In this document: one piece after another, positions 37,117-47,325 of the stretch
Numbering within the stretch: position 1 is the first letter of the stretch
How the letters are laid out: each line of letters opens with the position of its first letter
From: a virus
IMG/VR virus record: IMGVR_UViG_3300029892_000001
Length of the DNA stretch: 64,000 nucleotides
Reading direction: 5' to 3' (one strand)
Notes under the pieces: model-generated
Seen by the model: only the letters and a program-made list of their open reading frames with translations
Told to the model about the DNA's origin: nothing
Databases searched by the model: none
Translations under genes and position numbers: made by a program

Positions 37117-37413
37117 TCATCTGAACCGTCGAATTCTATTCTCCGTTAACCCGGGAATTGCCTCCAGGAAAGCCTGTCCGACTACATGTAGTGCAGCATT
37201 GTGAGAGGGACGAAGCTCTGGAACGACGGCTATATCTGCTTCCGAGGTCCCATCGGAATAGGAGACGGTAGCCGTGACAGACAGTTCTTCTGCATCAACG
37301 GTCGTTGTTGCTGACAAGCTTTGTTGCTGAATCCCAACTGATGGGTAATTGAGCTGGTCAAAGCCATTGACTGCTGGTGGATGCTGAACATTGGCAGGGA
37401 CTGTGATTGTCAT
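37117..37413 (-). CDS. Small hypothetical protein between decoration and capsid genes
   Basis: 98-aa ORF from ATG 37413; no clear SD. Confidence 0.4.
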   Translation of the reverse strand: MTITVPANVQHPPAVNGFDQLNYPSVGIQQQSLSATTTVDAEELSVTATVSYSDGTSEADIAVVPELRPSHNAALHVVGQAFLEAIPGLTENRIRRFR

Positions 37414-37425
37414 GCATAGAAAATA

Positions 37426-37460
37426 CAAAAGGCCGAGTTGATTTCCAACTCGGCCTTTTG
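37426..37460. terminator. Bidirectional-type intrinsic terminator
   Basis: CAAAAGGCCGAGTTG-ATTTC-CAACTCGGCCTTTTG, perfect 15-bp stem. Confidence 0.85.
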
Positions 37461-37487
37461 GTTTTGCGGGTTGGTTACCGCTTAGGT

Positions 37488-38195
37488 TCAGGAGAGACCG
37501 GAGAACTTCACTCCAAGACGACCATCTGCCACAGACGGGACCTGGGAAACGATGCCGATGGCCACGCCACCAGCAGCCGTCGTCACTTGGCCGCCTGCAC
37601 CAGAGTTCACGACATTGCCTACTGCGTAGGCCTGCGTTGTGTCGTACATCGTGGTAAAGATCTCACCCTCCATGCAACCAACGCCAACGGTGCTGAAGTA
37701 GTCCTGAGCGCGGTTGTTGATGGAACGCTCGTGCCAAGTGGCAAGAGCCTCATCAAGAGTTGGGGTGTAGCGATAGGTAACTGTCACGGTCTGTCCTGCT
37801 TCAGCAGCGTTGAACGTGATGGTACCGTCCGCGTTGTTCATCTGGAACTGACCAGCCGCGGGGGCGCCGCCTACCTCGGTAAGAACACCGGTAGTAGACG
37901 CGACTGCTCGCGTATCGTTAGCCGTCAGGTTGTTCTGACGAAGAGAGACTGTGCCGCCGCCTGCGGGAACGGTCAGACTCTCAACGACAGTCTGGGTAAC
38001 GTACTTGAGCGCATCAGTGATTGCGAAACCAGCGACACGGTCAGTAGCAGCACCCGCAGAAGGCTGCACCGCAAGGGTGCCGTCACCTGCGTCGACATAC
38101 ATAAGTAGCTGGCCTTCCTCGGTGATTGTGGCACCGGGGGCAACCGCTCGCTCACGGATGTCATTGAAATAGGAACGTGTAAGATCGAATGCCAT
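37488..38195 (-). CDS. Capsid decoration/cement-like protein with inserted beta-module
   Basis: 235 aa, Gly/Ala/Thr-rich, between scaffold and capsid genes; SD GGAG. Confidence 0.65.
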   Translation of the reverse strand: MAFDLTRSYFNDIRERAVAPGATITEEGQLLMYVDAGDGTLAVQPSAGAATDRVAGFAITDALKYVTQTVVESLTVPAGGGTVSLRQNNLTANDTRAVASTTGVLTEVGGAPAAGQFQMNNADGTITFNAAEAGQTVTVTYRYTPTLDEALATWHERSINNRAQDYFSTVGVGCMEGEIFTTMYDTTQAYAVGNVVNSGAGGQVTTAAGGVAIGIVSQVPSVADGRLGVKFSGLS

Positions 38196-38217
38196 GTTTT
38201 ACTCTCCCTCTTAGAGG

Positions 38218-39183
38218 TTATCGACTATGCATCCGCCGACGGAAGCCCAACGCCTCGCGGAGATGACTCTTGTCGTCGGACTCTTCCGAGTACGACGCAG
38301 AGCGAGTCTCCAGAGGAATGTTGTGCATGTGGCTAGAAGCAGACCTGGCGGAGGGAATTTCCTCGGACTCCGCAACAACGGGAGTGCGATGAGAAAGGCC
38401 CTTGATCTGCTCTTCCAGCTCCGCGAGAGCCTCCGGCTGGAGGTCCATCCACTTGAAGGCCTGCTTGAAGCAGTTCTCGAAGTGTTCGGGAGCCTTTGCC
38501 TGATAAGCAGCCTCAATGATTGCGACAGCCTGACGGTCAGTTACACCAGCCTCAATCATTCGGTTGAACAGCTCTGACTTGAGCACGTTCTCCGAAATGA
38601 AGTTCTTGGTCTGAGCAACTACGACCAGGTTAAGCATATTGAGTGCGTCGTCGCGGAGAGCTGCCTTGGCCTTGCGAAGCTCGGCCTTGGCCTTGTCTGC
38701 CGCAGCAGCCTCGATGCGCTGGAACGCATCACTTCCTGCAACTGCTGCGACGTATGGACGGGCGCGAACGCCAGCCAATACCTCAGCAAAGTCGAAGGAC
38801 TTAGCTGCCTCACGAACACCCTCGGCATACTTCTCAGTGATGAAAAGCTTCGCGATCTTCTGCGGCTCCTCCTGGTCTTCGAGACGAATCTCGGCAACCG
38901 GGCGACCACCAGCAAGAACCACCCAGTGGGGGTTCTCGGTCTGCTCTCCGTAGAGAAGCAGATCAACTGCTGCGGTCTTGGGAACCATCGTGGGATCGAC
39001 CACCGGGCACGCCATCTTGTCCGGAACCGCACTAGCAGGAGGTGCGGTGACGGGGGCGGCGGTGCGCTGCTCATCGGAAGACTTTTGTTCAGACTGCTTG
39101 CTCTCAGAAGCTGTCACGGCCTGGCGTGCCGCGAGGCGCTTCTGGCGAGCTGCTCTTAAGGCTGCTGCATCGTGCTTTGCCAT
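38218..39183 (-). CDS. Capsid scaffolding protein (candidate)
   Basis: 321 aa from ATG 39183; helical Ala/Glu/Lys-rich; position between protease and capsid genes. Confidence 0.6.
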   Translation of the reverse strand: MAKHDAAALRAARQKRLAARQAVTASESKQSEQKSSDEQRTAAPVTAPPASAVPDKMACPVVDPTMVPKTAAVDLLLYGEQTENPHWVVLAGGRPVAEIRLEDQEEPQKIAKLFITEKYAEGVREAAKSFDFAEVLAGVRARPYVAAVAGSDAFQRIEAAAADKAKAELRKAKAALRDDALNMLNLVVVAQTKNFISENVLKSELFNRMIEAGVTDRQAVAIIEAAYQAKAPEHFENCFKQAFKWMDLQPEALAELEEQIKGLSHRTPVVAESEEIPSARSASSHMHNIPLETRSASYSEESDDKSHLREALGFRRRMHSR

Positions 39184-39254
39184 TTTGGTTTTACCTTTCG
39201 GTTGGGCCCAAGAGCAAGGGGTGAGGGAGATGAACACCAGCGTTCAAATCCGGG

Positions 39255-40373
39255 TCACAAGGACTTGCTTCGTAAATATGCGAGTAAGACGATTCGTTTA
39301 GCTACGCGACGTAGTCTTTTTTGAGCCTGGAACTTGGCAGCCGTTTTTCTCGGCTGCAAAGACGATTCAAGTACAGAATAGAAGTACTTGAGCTTCTCTA
39401 TAATTGGCTGAGAAGTCTCAAAAAGCGATTTCAGCTCGTGGAACACCAAATCGATCGCTTCCAGCTTGGACTTGGTTCTCTGCGAGAGAAGCATCATTTT
39501 CTGAATTGCAGGAGATTGGCTGGCCTTTAGCCCTGCCTGATCCGGGGACAACCCTTCTTCTCGCAGTTGGCGAAGCGCCTGCTTAAATCTCTCTCGAACG
39601 AGTTCGGAAAGTTGCTTTGCAAGCTTCTCGTGTTTTTCCCTCAGATTTCCCAACTGGATATCTGTCTGCTTGCCCCACGTGTTGAACCCCATCAAGCCTT
39701 CCGACAAGGCTTGGTCTATATGGCTCATCACTTGCTGGTAATTGTTTGCATTAATTCTGGAGGAGAGAGGGCCAACCCTACGCAGAATTTCTTCAGCTTG
39801 ATCAAGAGACGCCAGCACATTGGGGAGGACCTGTTCTAGTTCCTTCGCCGCCTCCTGTTTTGCAGGATCGTCAGAAGACTTCAATTCATCAAGAGCAACT
39901 TCACTCCGAGTTCTGGCAAACTTGATCTTCTTCAAGAGAAGACTTGTTTGAGTTTGGACATGGCGAAGCGCCTGAGGTGAAGCCAGTCGAGTGGATGCTG
40001 ATACCGCTTCCTGTCCAAAAGCTCCCTGCCAACTGAAGGATACTCTTTGGTACCTACCATCGAAGAAATCATCATCCCACTCGGGATGTAAGCCGTATTT
40101 GGGAGCAAGTTTTTCTGCCTGTGCGATAAGCCAGGAGGCAACCTTTGGATTTGGGTGCAGAATCTCCAAGAAAGGCTCGGGTTCTTCGTGGCTTCCCATC
40201 GTTGACGAAGCAATGATAGGAGCTTCGGTATGTCCTTCTCTCGCAGCTCTTGGCACGCGATGGCCGTGGATAGGCGTTACTCCGATCCTTTTAGCCAGAG
40301 CATCTGCTAACCTAGAAGCGGCCTCATCAGCTTCCTTGAACACCAGAGACGCTGTCTTTTGAGAAAGGGACAT
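39255..40373 (-). CDS. Coiled-coil hypothetical head protein
   Basis: 372 aa, heptad-rich. Confidence 0.6.
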   Translation of the reverse strand: MSLSQKTASLVFKEADEAASRLADALAKRIGVTPIHGHRVPRAAREGHTEAPIIASSTMGSHEEPEPFLEILHPNPKVASWLIAQAEKLAPKYGLHPEWDDDFFDGRYQRVSFSWQGAFGQEAVSASTRLASPQALRHVQTQTSLLLKKIKFARTRSEVALDELKSSDDPAKQEAAKELEQVLPNVLASLDQAEEILRRVGPLSSRINANNYQQVMSHIDQALSEGLMGFNTWGKQTDIQLGNLREKHEKLAKQLSELVRERFKQALRQLREEGLSPDQAGLKASQSPAIQKMMLLSQRTKSKLEAIDLVFHELKSLFETSQPIIEKLKYFYSVLESSLQPRKTAAKFQAQKRLRRVAKRIVLLAYLRSKSL

Positions 40374-40401
40374 CTGAGTTATCGGTCAGAGAGGTCGGTG
40401 A

Positions 40402-41133
40402 TCATGTCCACTGCTTAACCCATCGATCATGAGCAGTATGATCGGCAGGATCAGCAACAGAAGAGGTTTCGATGAAGTTCACTCGGTAACAGCGTTCATA
40501 GACGAGGTGCCCCTCAAGAATTCGTCCCTTCCCCCTTCCGTACTCTTGGTGACGGCAAGCAATCTTGCCGTTCGGGGAGACTGCTCCGCACCCCGGATAG
40601 CTGCACTGCGTGTAACTTACGAGCGCTCCCATTGAGAATCCGGTGCGATCTCGACGTAGAATCGAATTAGCTAGGTCACGGTCCTTGGTCCTGTCCCAGC
40701 CCGCAAGCACTACGATTTTGTAGCGACCGTCTGCGGTCTTCTGCAATGAAGCATCAAAGTGAACGCCCTTCGCTTTTCGCGGATCACGATTGTCGTGATC
40801 CATATGCGTCGGCTTTCCGATGAAAGTTTGGTACACGAGGCGACCCAGCTCTGGATTGAAGGAGGTCACCTCGTCATACGGAAACTCATCGAGATTACGA
40901 TTGGGACACCCGACAGTAACGATCGGGATTTCATTGATAATGTAGTCGCGGATGTCTGCCGAAATTTGGTATTGCTCTGCAGCCATCGGCAACCAAGAGA
41001 TGTCAAGGCTGCGGGTCTTGTTGAGGATGTTCTCAGACGCAACACGAAGCTTACCGGTTACGTCTCGATGGGTCTCACAAGAAACCCCCTCAAAGACACG
41101 AGTGTCAAAGGTAGCATCTCCAAGCTTCAGCAT
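40402..41133 (-). CDS. Prohead protease
   Basis: KPTHMDH, TGFSMG (catalytic Ser), FIETSSVADPA; internal Cys ribbon; directly after the portal gene. Confidence 0.8.
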   Translation of the reverse strand: MLKLGDATFDTRVFEGVSCETHRDVTGKLRVASENILNKTRSLDISWLPMAAEQYQISADIRDYIINEIPIVTVGCPNRNLDEFPYDEVTSFNPELGRLVYQTFIGKPTHMDHDNRDPRKAKGVHFDASLQKTADGRYKIVVLAGWDRTKDRDLANSILRRDRTGFSMGALVSYTQCSYPGCGAVSPNGKIACRHQEYGRGKGRILEGHLVYERCYRVNFIETSSVADPADHTAHDRWVKQWT

Positions 41134-43493
41134 TATTCACCCTCGACCATCTTCTTGTCGTGAACAAAACCAGTGAGTAGGTTTCGGTCTGACACAAATC
41201 GTTTCTCACCAGAGATACTCTGCTTTAGGTCGTTTGACATTTCTGGAGCAGAACTTTCCTTGAAGAAGGAGTTCCGGTATTCTTGGTCTCGCTTGGCATC
41301 TTCGAGTGATGCCTGAATCTCCCTTGAGTTCACGCAAGCCAACACTGCTTTTAGTTCAGCCCCAAGCAGTCTTGGGTTCCCTCTCAGTGAGGCTTGAAGT
41401 TCCCGCTGGATATCCATTGCTACAGTTCTACTGATATCAGCGTTACGGATAACACCGATTCGCGTCAGGATATATCTCAAAACCTGATCTCTTCTGTTGT
41501 TCCCGGTGTTTAGGATGCGTCTAGTCTCAGCTTTTGTGAGATTCCTGGTTAGTCGTTGGCCAAGATTGTCTAGTAGACGACGAGTGGCCAATTCAGCCAT
41601 ATCTACATGAACACCCATAAACTCTGCCTTCTTATTCCAGATGGGCAGAGAACGAAGAAGATCAATAGCCTTTCGGTCCTCGGTATAATGCCTGGCTGCT
41701 GCTCCGCGGAATGATGCTCCGATTTGGGGAAGCTGAAGAGCACCTCCGCCTCCAGGTCCGCCAGCACCGGCACCAGCACCCCCAGCGCCACCCATATCCC
41801 CGAGGCCTCCACCACCGGCCCCCATGTCCCCTCCCATTCCACCAAGACCGCCACCCATATCACCAAGACCGCCGCCACCTAGGCCTCCTAGATCTCCTCC
41901 GAGACCGCCGAGATCTCCTCCGAGGCCGCCACCCATATCGCCAAGACCTCCACCCATTCCTCCGCCTGCCGCATCGGGGGCGATTTGAGTGATCTTCTTT
42001 TTCTGGGCAGCTAGTTGACGAGTGGTCTCTAGATCGTCATCGAATTGTTCCATCTCGGATTCGAGATCGAAGCCCGCAGCGCTAGTCCACGTGCGCTTTG
42101 TGATCGGAATGCCCTTTTCTTCCATCATCTGGAGAATTTCAAGGTAGTCGCGGTCTGCAACAGGCCGTAGAGACTTCTCCCAAGCAAGAGTAGGCAAAAT
42201 GTAGCGCTTTTCACTCTCATCCTGAGCAATGCGAATTCGGTGGTCTAGCTCAGCCTTCTTCCTATGAACGAACCCGTGACGGCGAGCCAAGGGCTTCAAC
42301 AGCTTTTCGTAGATTAGAGCATGCTCAAAGAACTTACGGTGCGCCTTCACCTTCTCCAAGAAGACGCTCATTAGCTGCTCTAACGTGTTGTACGTTGCTT
42401 CTCCGGTGAGGAACGCTTCGCTAACTCCGAGTGCATTCAACTTACCTTGAAGCAAGAACTGCCATTCATCAGAGATTTTGACGATATCCTGGGGTGATGA
42501 GCCGCCTACTTCATTGGCTGTCACACCAGTACGAGTAACCACGATAGCTCCTACCGGGTCTTCATCTGCTTGCATGAACAGAGCAGAAAGATCGTCTAGC
42601 TCCTCTTTAGAAGGTTCCCAGACGTCATCAAGACCCGCCGTTATATGTCGGATCCTAGATGCACGCCTACGACTGGCAGCAATTGTGGCGTTTACGAGAG
42701 CTTTTTCATACGCCACAAACATGATGATGCGCGTATACGCACTGGCACCGATAACGTCATAAGGGGCAGTTCTACGAGGAATGTAGAACGTGTTTTCCGG
42801 AGGCAGAGGAATCTCCTGACCCGCTCGGATCATCGAAACAAGCTCACGAACTTCCCTTTGTGCTTCAACGTCCCGTTCATCTTGAGAGTGAGCCCAGTTC
42901 CGCATATCCGGTGTGGGAATGATGTCAAGCTTAGGCTGGAAGCCTGGCATAGGAATTGGGGTAACACGAATCCAGTCAGGATCGTGAATGATCATCCGCT
43001 CCCAAATCCCACGGCTCTCGTCCATTAGCAGGTGACCTATAACCTTTCCCATCGAAAGGAATTCCGCCGAAATCTCTGGCATGTGGGCGGTCAGATTGAT
43101 TGCATTTAGGGCGTCTTGATACACCTGTGCAATCTGCCGGTCTTCGATACCGATGAGCTGGAAATCGGACCACGGGAGTTCTGAGTAAAGGTCGATAGCA
43201 GGGCCGGCAACCGGGTCTTGTAGCTTGATTCGACGCCAGATTCTATTCAGTCGACGTGGGTCGACCGGCATGAATTGCTCGATAATCGAGCCTTCTGATA
43301 GGTCGTCGTAGACAGGATTAAATCTGTTGTGAGTGTTGCGTCCTCCTGGACTACCAAAGCCAAATCCGCCCGAACTACCGCCAAATCCGAAGCCGCTTGA
43401 GCCCCCGAAGCCACCAAAGCCACCTGGGCCTAGGGCCTTTTTGCGAAGACTGGCGGTACGCATTCGGCCGAAGTTGAACTTAATGGATGACAT
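41133..43493 (-). CDS. Portal protein with Gly-rich low-complexity segments
   Basis: 786 aa; DPVAGPAIDLYSELPWSDF; position between TerL and protease genes. Confidence 0.8.
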   Translation of the reverse strand: MSSIKFNFGRMRTASLRKKALGPGGFGGFGGSSGFGFGGSSGGFGFGSPGGRNTHNRFNPVYDDLSEGSIIEQFMPVDPRRLNRIWRRIKLQDPVAGPAIDLYSELPWSDFQLIGIEDRQIAQVYQDALNAINLTAHMPEISAEFLSMGKVIGHLLMDESRGIWERMIIHDPDWIRVTPIPMPGFQPKLDIIPTPDMRNWAHSQDERDVEAQREVRELVSMIRAGQEIPLPPENTFYIPRRTAPYDVIGASAYTRIIMFVAYEKALVNATIAASRRRASRIRHITAGLDDVWEPSKEELDDLSALFMQADEDPVGAIVVTRTGVTANEVGGSSPQDIVKISDEWQFLLQGKLNALGVSEAFLTGEATYNTLEQLMSVFLEKVKAHRKFFEHALIYEKLLKPLARRHGFVHRKKAELDHRIRIAQDESEKRYILPTLAWEKSLRPVADRDYLEILQMMEEKGIPITKRTWTSAAGFDLESEMEQFDDDLETTRQLAAQKKKITQIAPDAAGGGMGGGLGDMGGGLGGDLGGLGGDLGGLGGGGLGDMGGGLGGMGGDMGAGGGGLGDMGGAGGAGAGAGGPGGGGALQLPQIGASFRGAAARHYTEDRKAIDLLRSLPIWNKKAEFMGVHVDMAELATRRLLDNLGQRLTRNLTKAETRRILNTGNNRRDQVLRYILTRIGVIRNADISRTVAMDIQRELQASLRGNPRLLGAELKAVLACVNSREIQASLEDAKRDQEYRNSFFKESSAPEMSNDLKQSISGEKRFVSDRNLLTGFVHDKKMVEGE

Positions 43494-43616
43494 TACTTAC
43501 CGAGAAGCTTTCTGAGGACCTAGAGCCGCAAAAGTTGGTCCGAGATCCAGTGTGTTCATTTTACGGATGAACCCTTTGTGTCGTCCTGATTTCTAGGGAA
43601 GGCTCATGATTTTTGC

Positions 43617-43964
43617 TTACATCTTGATGTAAACGCGCATGGGATCTCTACGATCAATGTGGTCAAGCTTGTACTTACGAGTTCCGTTCTCGTACAAGTT
43701 GCGCATAAGCCTTTCTAAAAATCGGGGGAATTCGACGATGCTCATTCCATGAACAAAGAAGGACGCCATGCTCTTTTTGGCGTCCACATCGAGCCGCGGC
43801 TCCCTAACACCCATGTCATTCAAGACATCGTTGAAGATCTTGAATTGAAGGTTTCTCTCATCGTGATTCATACCACGAGCAAGACGCATAATAGCCCGAG
43901 CTTCAGACTTATGGCCTGCCTTCCACAAATCTGCGATGAGTGCTTTGGCTTCTTTGCGGTCCAT
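43617..43964 (-). CDS. Small hypothetical protein
   Basis: N-terminal LIADLWKAGHKSEARAIMRLA motif. Confidence 0.6.
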   Translation of the reverse strand: MDRKEAKALIADLWKAGHKSEARAIMRLARGMNHDERNLQFKIFNDVLNDMGVREPRLDVDAKKSMASFFVHGMSIVEFPRFLERLMRNLYENGTRKYKLDHIDRRDPMRVYIKM

Positions 43965-43967
43965 AAC

Positions 43968-44327
43968 TCAAACCGGAATGCAAACGTGGCAATTCGGGCA
44001 ATAGCGGGCCTCGTCGGATTCAGCTAGACGAACAAACTGCATTCCATGGCTGCATCGCGGACAGCCGCCTGCACTGCGAATAGCAGGATTCGCAGAGCGA
44101 CCCATCGGGCTCGTCGAGTTCGCCGTTCGAATGTTCGAACTTGACATGCCGTAATCTGCAAGGATGATATCCAACGCCAGAGGCGTGTCAGCATCTTCCA
44201 CTTCATTCTGAATGTCGGCCAGCTTCAGCTTTGTACGAATGCGTCGTAACTCTTCGTTTGTAAGCGCAGTCTTGATTTGGTAGCGCTTATGAGCGTCACG
44301 AATGAATTTCTCAACAGGGGTGCCCAT
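43968..44327 (-). CDS. Small protein with C-terminal zinc ribbon
   Basis: Start ATG 44327 with SD TAAGGAG; CPRC...CPNC. Confidence 0.65.
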   Translation of the reverse strand: MGTPVEKFIRDAHKRYQIKTALTNEELRRIRTKLKLADIQNEVEDADTPLALDIILADYGMSSSNIRTANSTSPMGRSANPAIRSAGGCPRCSHGMQFVRLAESDEARYCPNCHVCIPV

Positions 44328-44337
44328 GTTTCTCTCC

Positions 44338-46380
44338 TTATCGCCGCCCGTAGAAAGAGGTCTTTCCCCGAACTGCGCCAATGCTGGTTCGGGCTCTATT
44401 GCCTCGGTAAGAGCCGAGACCCATTGATTTAAGTGCTAACGAGCCTACCCGAGATGTTTGACCTGATGCGGTGCTCTGTACCTTCACAAGGAAATCTTTT
44501 TGGTTTTCGACCATGTACCATGATGCAAGGACGGTGGCCCTGAATAGGTCGTCATCTCCTGCTTCTGGCTTGATGATCTTCTTTCCTACTTCGCGGACAG
44601 TAGCGAACTGTACGGCCATATGGGTGTACGGAGCCTGCCGTACCTGGTCAATGTCTGTGACGTCCAGGTCTGTAAGTTCTTTGTGCTCCCATTTAGGCAT
44701 CTTGACGTTTCCGCCGTATACCAGATTCCTCAAATTCTTGAAGTCCTGTTCTTTTGGAGAGTACTTCTCTGCACGAACCTTCATCTCTCGGAGTTCTTGG
44801 ATCTGACCTGTGGACTGCCAGCGATCGTACAAAACAGCCTTCACATGAAGGCCCTTGTTACGGTCGCATAGAGTCTTCACGAGCTGAAGCATTGTGGGAA
44901 AATGCACTGGGATGATTTCCCCAGTCTCAAGAATCTTTTCTGGCTTTGCTTCAATGATTGCGTCTACTACTAGGTTGAATCGACTGCCGTCTTCTCCTGC
45001 TGCAGGCTCTAGATGATAGATGCCAATGGCAAATGAGTTCTGCGTCTCACCGCAGTCAACAGCGACACAGCGCGGGATCATTCGTGTTCGGCTGTCGCTG
45101 ATGGTGCCGATGATGTCCGCAGCAACGTACCGATTTCGTTCCGGATCGACTTTGTCCTTGATGAACTTGACCCTCCACGAAATCAGCGGCTTGCTGTTCG
45201 TCTGCATGTCAGCAATTGCCCGCGCAGATTCAATAAAAGGGCTGTCAGCAAGCGGAGGGATGGCTCCAAAATCACGCCAAAACTTGACGGGGTTGTTCTG
45301 CTCCTCGGTCTCAAGACTCTCGCGAGTAATGAGAGGACTTGCCTCCCAGGAAGCCAAGTGAAAGCAGACCTTACGCTTGTCCCGCTCTCCCTCTTTCAGG
45401 AGAGCCATCATCCGGTCGTACTGCGAACTAGGCGAGCTGATGTTCGCCATGATGCCCGGCATTGTTCGATACTCGCCCTGTTTCCAAAGCCTGTCGCTAG
45501 CTGACCGGACCGTTCGTAGTGAGTTGGAGAGTGCAGCGTACGTCTCTTCGGCGTTTGCACGCACCGCCTCTTTGTTCGCGTTGAACCATCCTAATTCGTC
45601 GATGGCCGCGATGACTCGCGTTGAGCCACGCAATGACTTCATGTCTGCTGCGGCGTAGCTGCATCCCAATTGCTTGTTTCCAAACCAAATGTAGCTATCC
45701 ATGACTTTGACTAGGGTTCCCTTGTCAAAGCCTTTATCACGTTCGACCTGCCGAAGTTTTGAGATGTAGTCTTTGTACCACGGGCTCTGTGCTAGAGCCT
45801 CTTTGAAGGCTTGCCATAGAGTTCGTTTAATCTGTCCAGCCGTGACGGCCACGAACGTAACTTCAAAGAACGCATTTGCCATCAACCCGTAGAACCGTGC
45901 GGGATTCTTCAGTTCTAAAAATCGATGAATGTAATAAGGAACAAGAACACCCCCGGTCAGCGCGGTCTTTCCTGAGCGCTGTCCAAGACATGATACAAGC
46001 TCCCATGGAAGCTTGTCGAATAGTTGACACTTGTTCTTTTCACATTGAGGACAGACGCCGTGCTCCAGAAGTACAACTTTAGACCTAAACGTGCCTACAG
46101 ACGCATCTACTGGTACATTGTCTAGAAATTCCTGGTCGCTACAGTCGGGGCAATACTCACAAAAAAGTCGAACGGCCTGCTCAGCCTGCTTTGCCCACAA
46201 CGAATTCATGTTCATGAATTCCGGGCCAACTGCAAAGTCAATTACGTTCTTCGCAAACCTGACGTCGAGGTCAACGTCGAAGACAGAAGGATCCAATCCC
46301 GTGCTGATGACTTGATCAACAAGGCTCTGCAGGTCTAAAAGGTGACCATTGTCATCACTGAATCTACTTTGCCTGGCCAT
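44338..46380 (-). CDS. terL: Terminase large subunit
   Basis: Walker A GQRSGKT, Walker B AAIDELG, nuclease VAVDCG...DRWQS...DDDL. Confidence 0.92.
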   Translation of the reverse strand: MARQSRFSDDNGHLLDLQSLVDQVISTGLDPSVFDVDLDVRFAKNVIDFAVGPEFMNMNSLWAKQAEQAVRLFCEYCPDCSDQEFLDNVPVDASVGTFRSKVVLLEHGVCPQCEKNKCQLFDKLPWELVSCLGQRSGKTALTGGVLVPYYIHRFLELKNPARFYGLMANAFFEVTFVAVTAGQIKRTLWQAFKEALAQSPWYKDYISKLRQVERDKGFDKGTLVKVMDSYIWFGNKQLGCSYAAADMKSLRGSTRVIAAIDELGWFNANKEAVRANAEETYAALSNSLRTVRSASDRLWKQGEYRTMPGIMANISSPSSQYDRMMALLKEGERDKRKVCFHLASWEASPLITRESLETEEQNNPVKFWRDFGAIPPLADSPFIESARAIADMQTNSKPLISWRVKFIKDKVDPERNRYVAADIIGTISDSRTRMIPRCVAVDCGETQNSFAIGIYHLEPAAGEDGSRFNLVVDAIIEAKPEKILETGEIIPVHFPTMLQLVKTLCDRNKGLHVKAVLYDRWQSTGQIQELREMKVRAEKYSPKEQDFKNLRNLVYGGNVKMPKWEHKELTDLDVTDIDQVRQAPYTHMAVQFATVREVGKKIIKPEAGDDDLFRATVLASWYMVENQKDFLVKVQSTASGQTSRVGSLALKSMGLGSYRGNRARTSIGAVRGKTSFYGRR

Positions 46381-46702
46381 TCAACAACTTCGAAATCTTT
46401 CTCACTGCCTTTGTCTCGGCCGTATTGCGCAGCAGATCACTCAGATGCTGACCGTGTCCGGGAGAGAGTTGGTACCGCGACTTGTTTTTGTCCTGTCTGG
46501 GTCCAGCGGGGTAAGACCCGTCATCGCAAGAACCTGCACTCATGTCTGCACAGGCTTCTGTTTCTTCGTACTCCAGAAGAAGTCGGTCCGCCTCTGCATC
46601 ATCCATGAAAGCAAGACGTTCCCAGCGCTTCACACGATCAATAATTCGTGCGACTCGAATGAGCCGTCTCTGGAGTTCAGGATTTGAAATCTGGGTGGTC
46701 AT
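46364..46702 (-). CDS. Small hypothetical protein
   Basis: PELQRRLIRVA motif; overlaps both neighbours. Confidence 0.55.
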   Translation of the reverse strand: MTTQISNPELQRRLIRVARIIDRVKRWERLAFMDDAEADRLLLEYEETEACADMSAGSCDDGSYPAGPRQDKNKSRYQLSPGHGQHLSDLLRNTAETKAVRKISKLLNGQAK

Positions 46703-47325
46703 TGAACTGTCTTCTCGCGGGCTTCTGCCAGACGAGCCTCTCGTTCTTGTTTCTTGACTCCGAAGTGAGTGTCGAGAGATTCTTTTGCTTCAGGAAGCAA
46801 CGCTTGAATTCGATCGGAGAGGCGCTTGAAAATCTCAGTAGAAATCCCTTTGGCATCCCTAGGCTGAATATCCAGCTTCAGCATTTCTTGCTGGAGATTG
46901 TTCATTTCCTCGGTACAGGCTCGGACGAGACTTAGCAAGAAGGGGTTAAACGACTTTTCGATGATCTCATCGACGACATCCTGTGGCTTCTGGAGGGCCA
47001 TCAGTTCTGCTAGAGCAATTCTGTATTCCGCCATAAGCCTCTGGTATGACTGAAGCATCATAGCGGAACCGTCACCTTGATCGATCGCGAGCTTAGTTTT
47101 GGCGCATTGGTCCTCAAGGTCGTCAACAATTTCCTGGAGGCGCTCGAAATGCGATCGTGGTGACTGAATAAAATTCTCAACGTAGTATCGGACGTCGTCG
47201 TAGTCCAATCCAAATTGAATGCCTATTTGCTCAGGTGTTTGACCTGCCTTGTAGGCATCCTCAATCATCTCCCTTTGTTCGGGCGAAAGATGCTTGAATG
47301 GGTTGTTCGCCTGAGGCAGAGTCAT
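46699..47325 (-). CDS. Terminase small subunit candidate (HTH plus coiled coil)
   Basis: LSPEQREMI...TPEQIGIQFGLDYDDVRYYV HTH; lies just upstream of terL. Confidence 0.5.
   Translation of the reverse strand: MTLPQANNPFKHLSPEQREMIEDAYKAGQTPEQIGIQFGLDYDDVRYYVENFIQSPRSHFERLQEIVDDLEDQCAKTKLAIDQGDGSAMMLQSYQRLMAEYRIALAELMALQKPQDVVDEIIEKSFNPFLLSLVRACTEEMNNLQQEMLKLDIQPRDAKGISTEIFKRLSDRIQALLPEAKESLDTHFGVKKQEREARLAEAREKTVQ

Noticed and set aside
43495-43557. 20-codon ORF MNTLDLGPTFAALGPQKASR just before the portal gene
   Set aside because: Too short, with no SD; cannot be supported from sequence alone
44338-46380. Intein or intron in terL, helicases or capsid gene
   Set aside because: Motif spacing is continuous; no C...HN intein ends, homing-endonuclease motifs or frame breaks were seen
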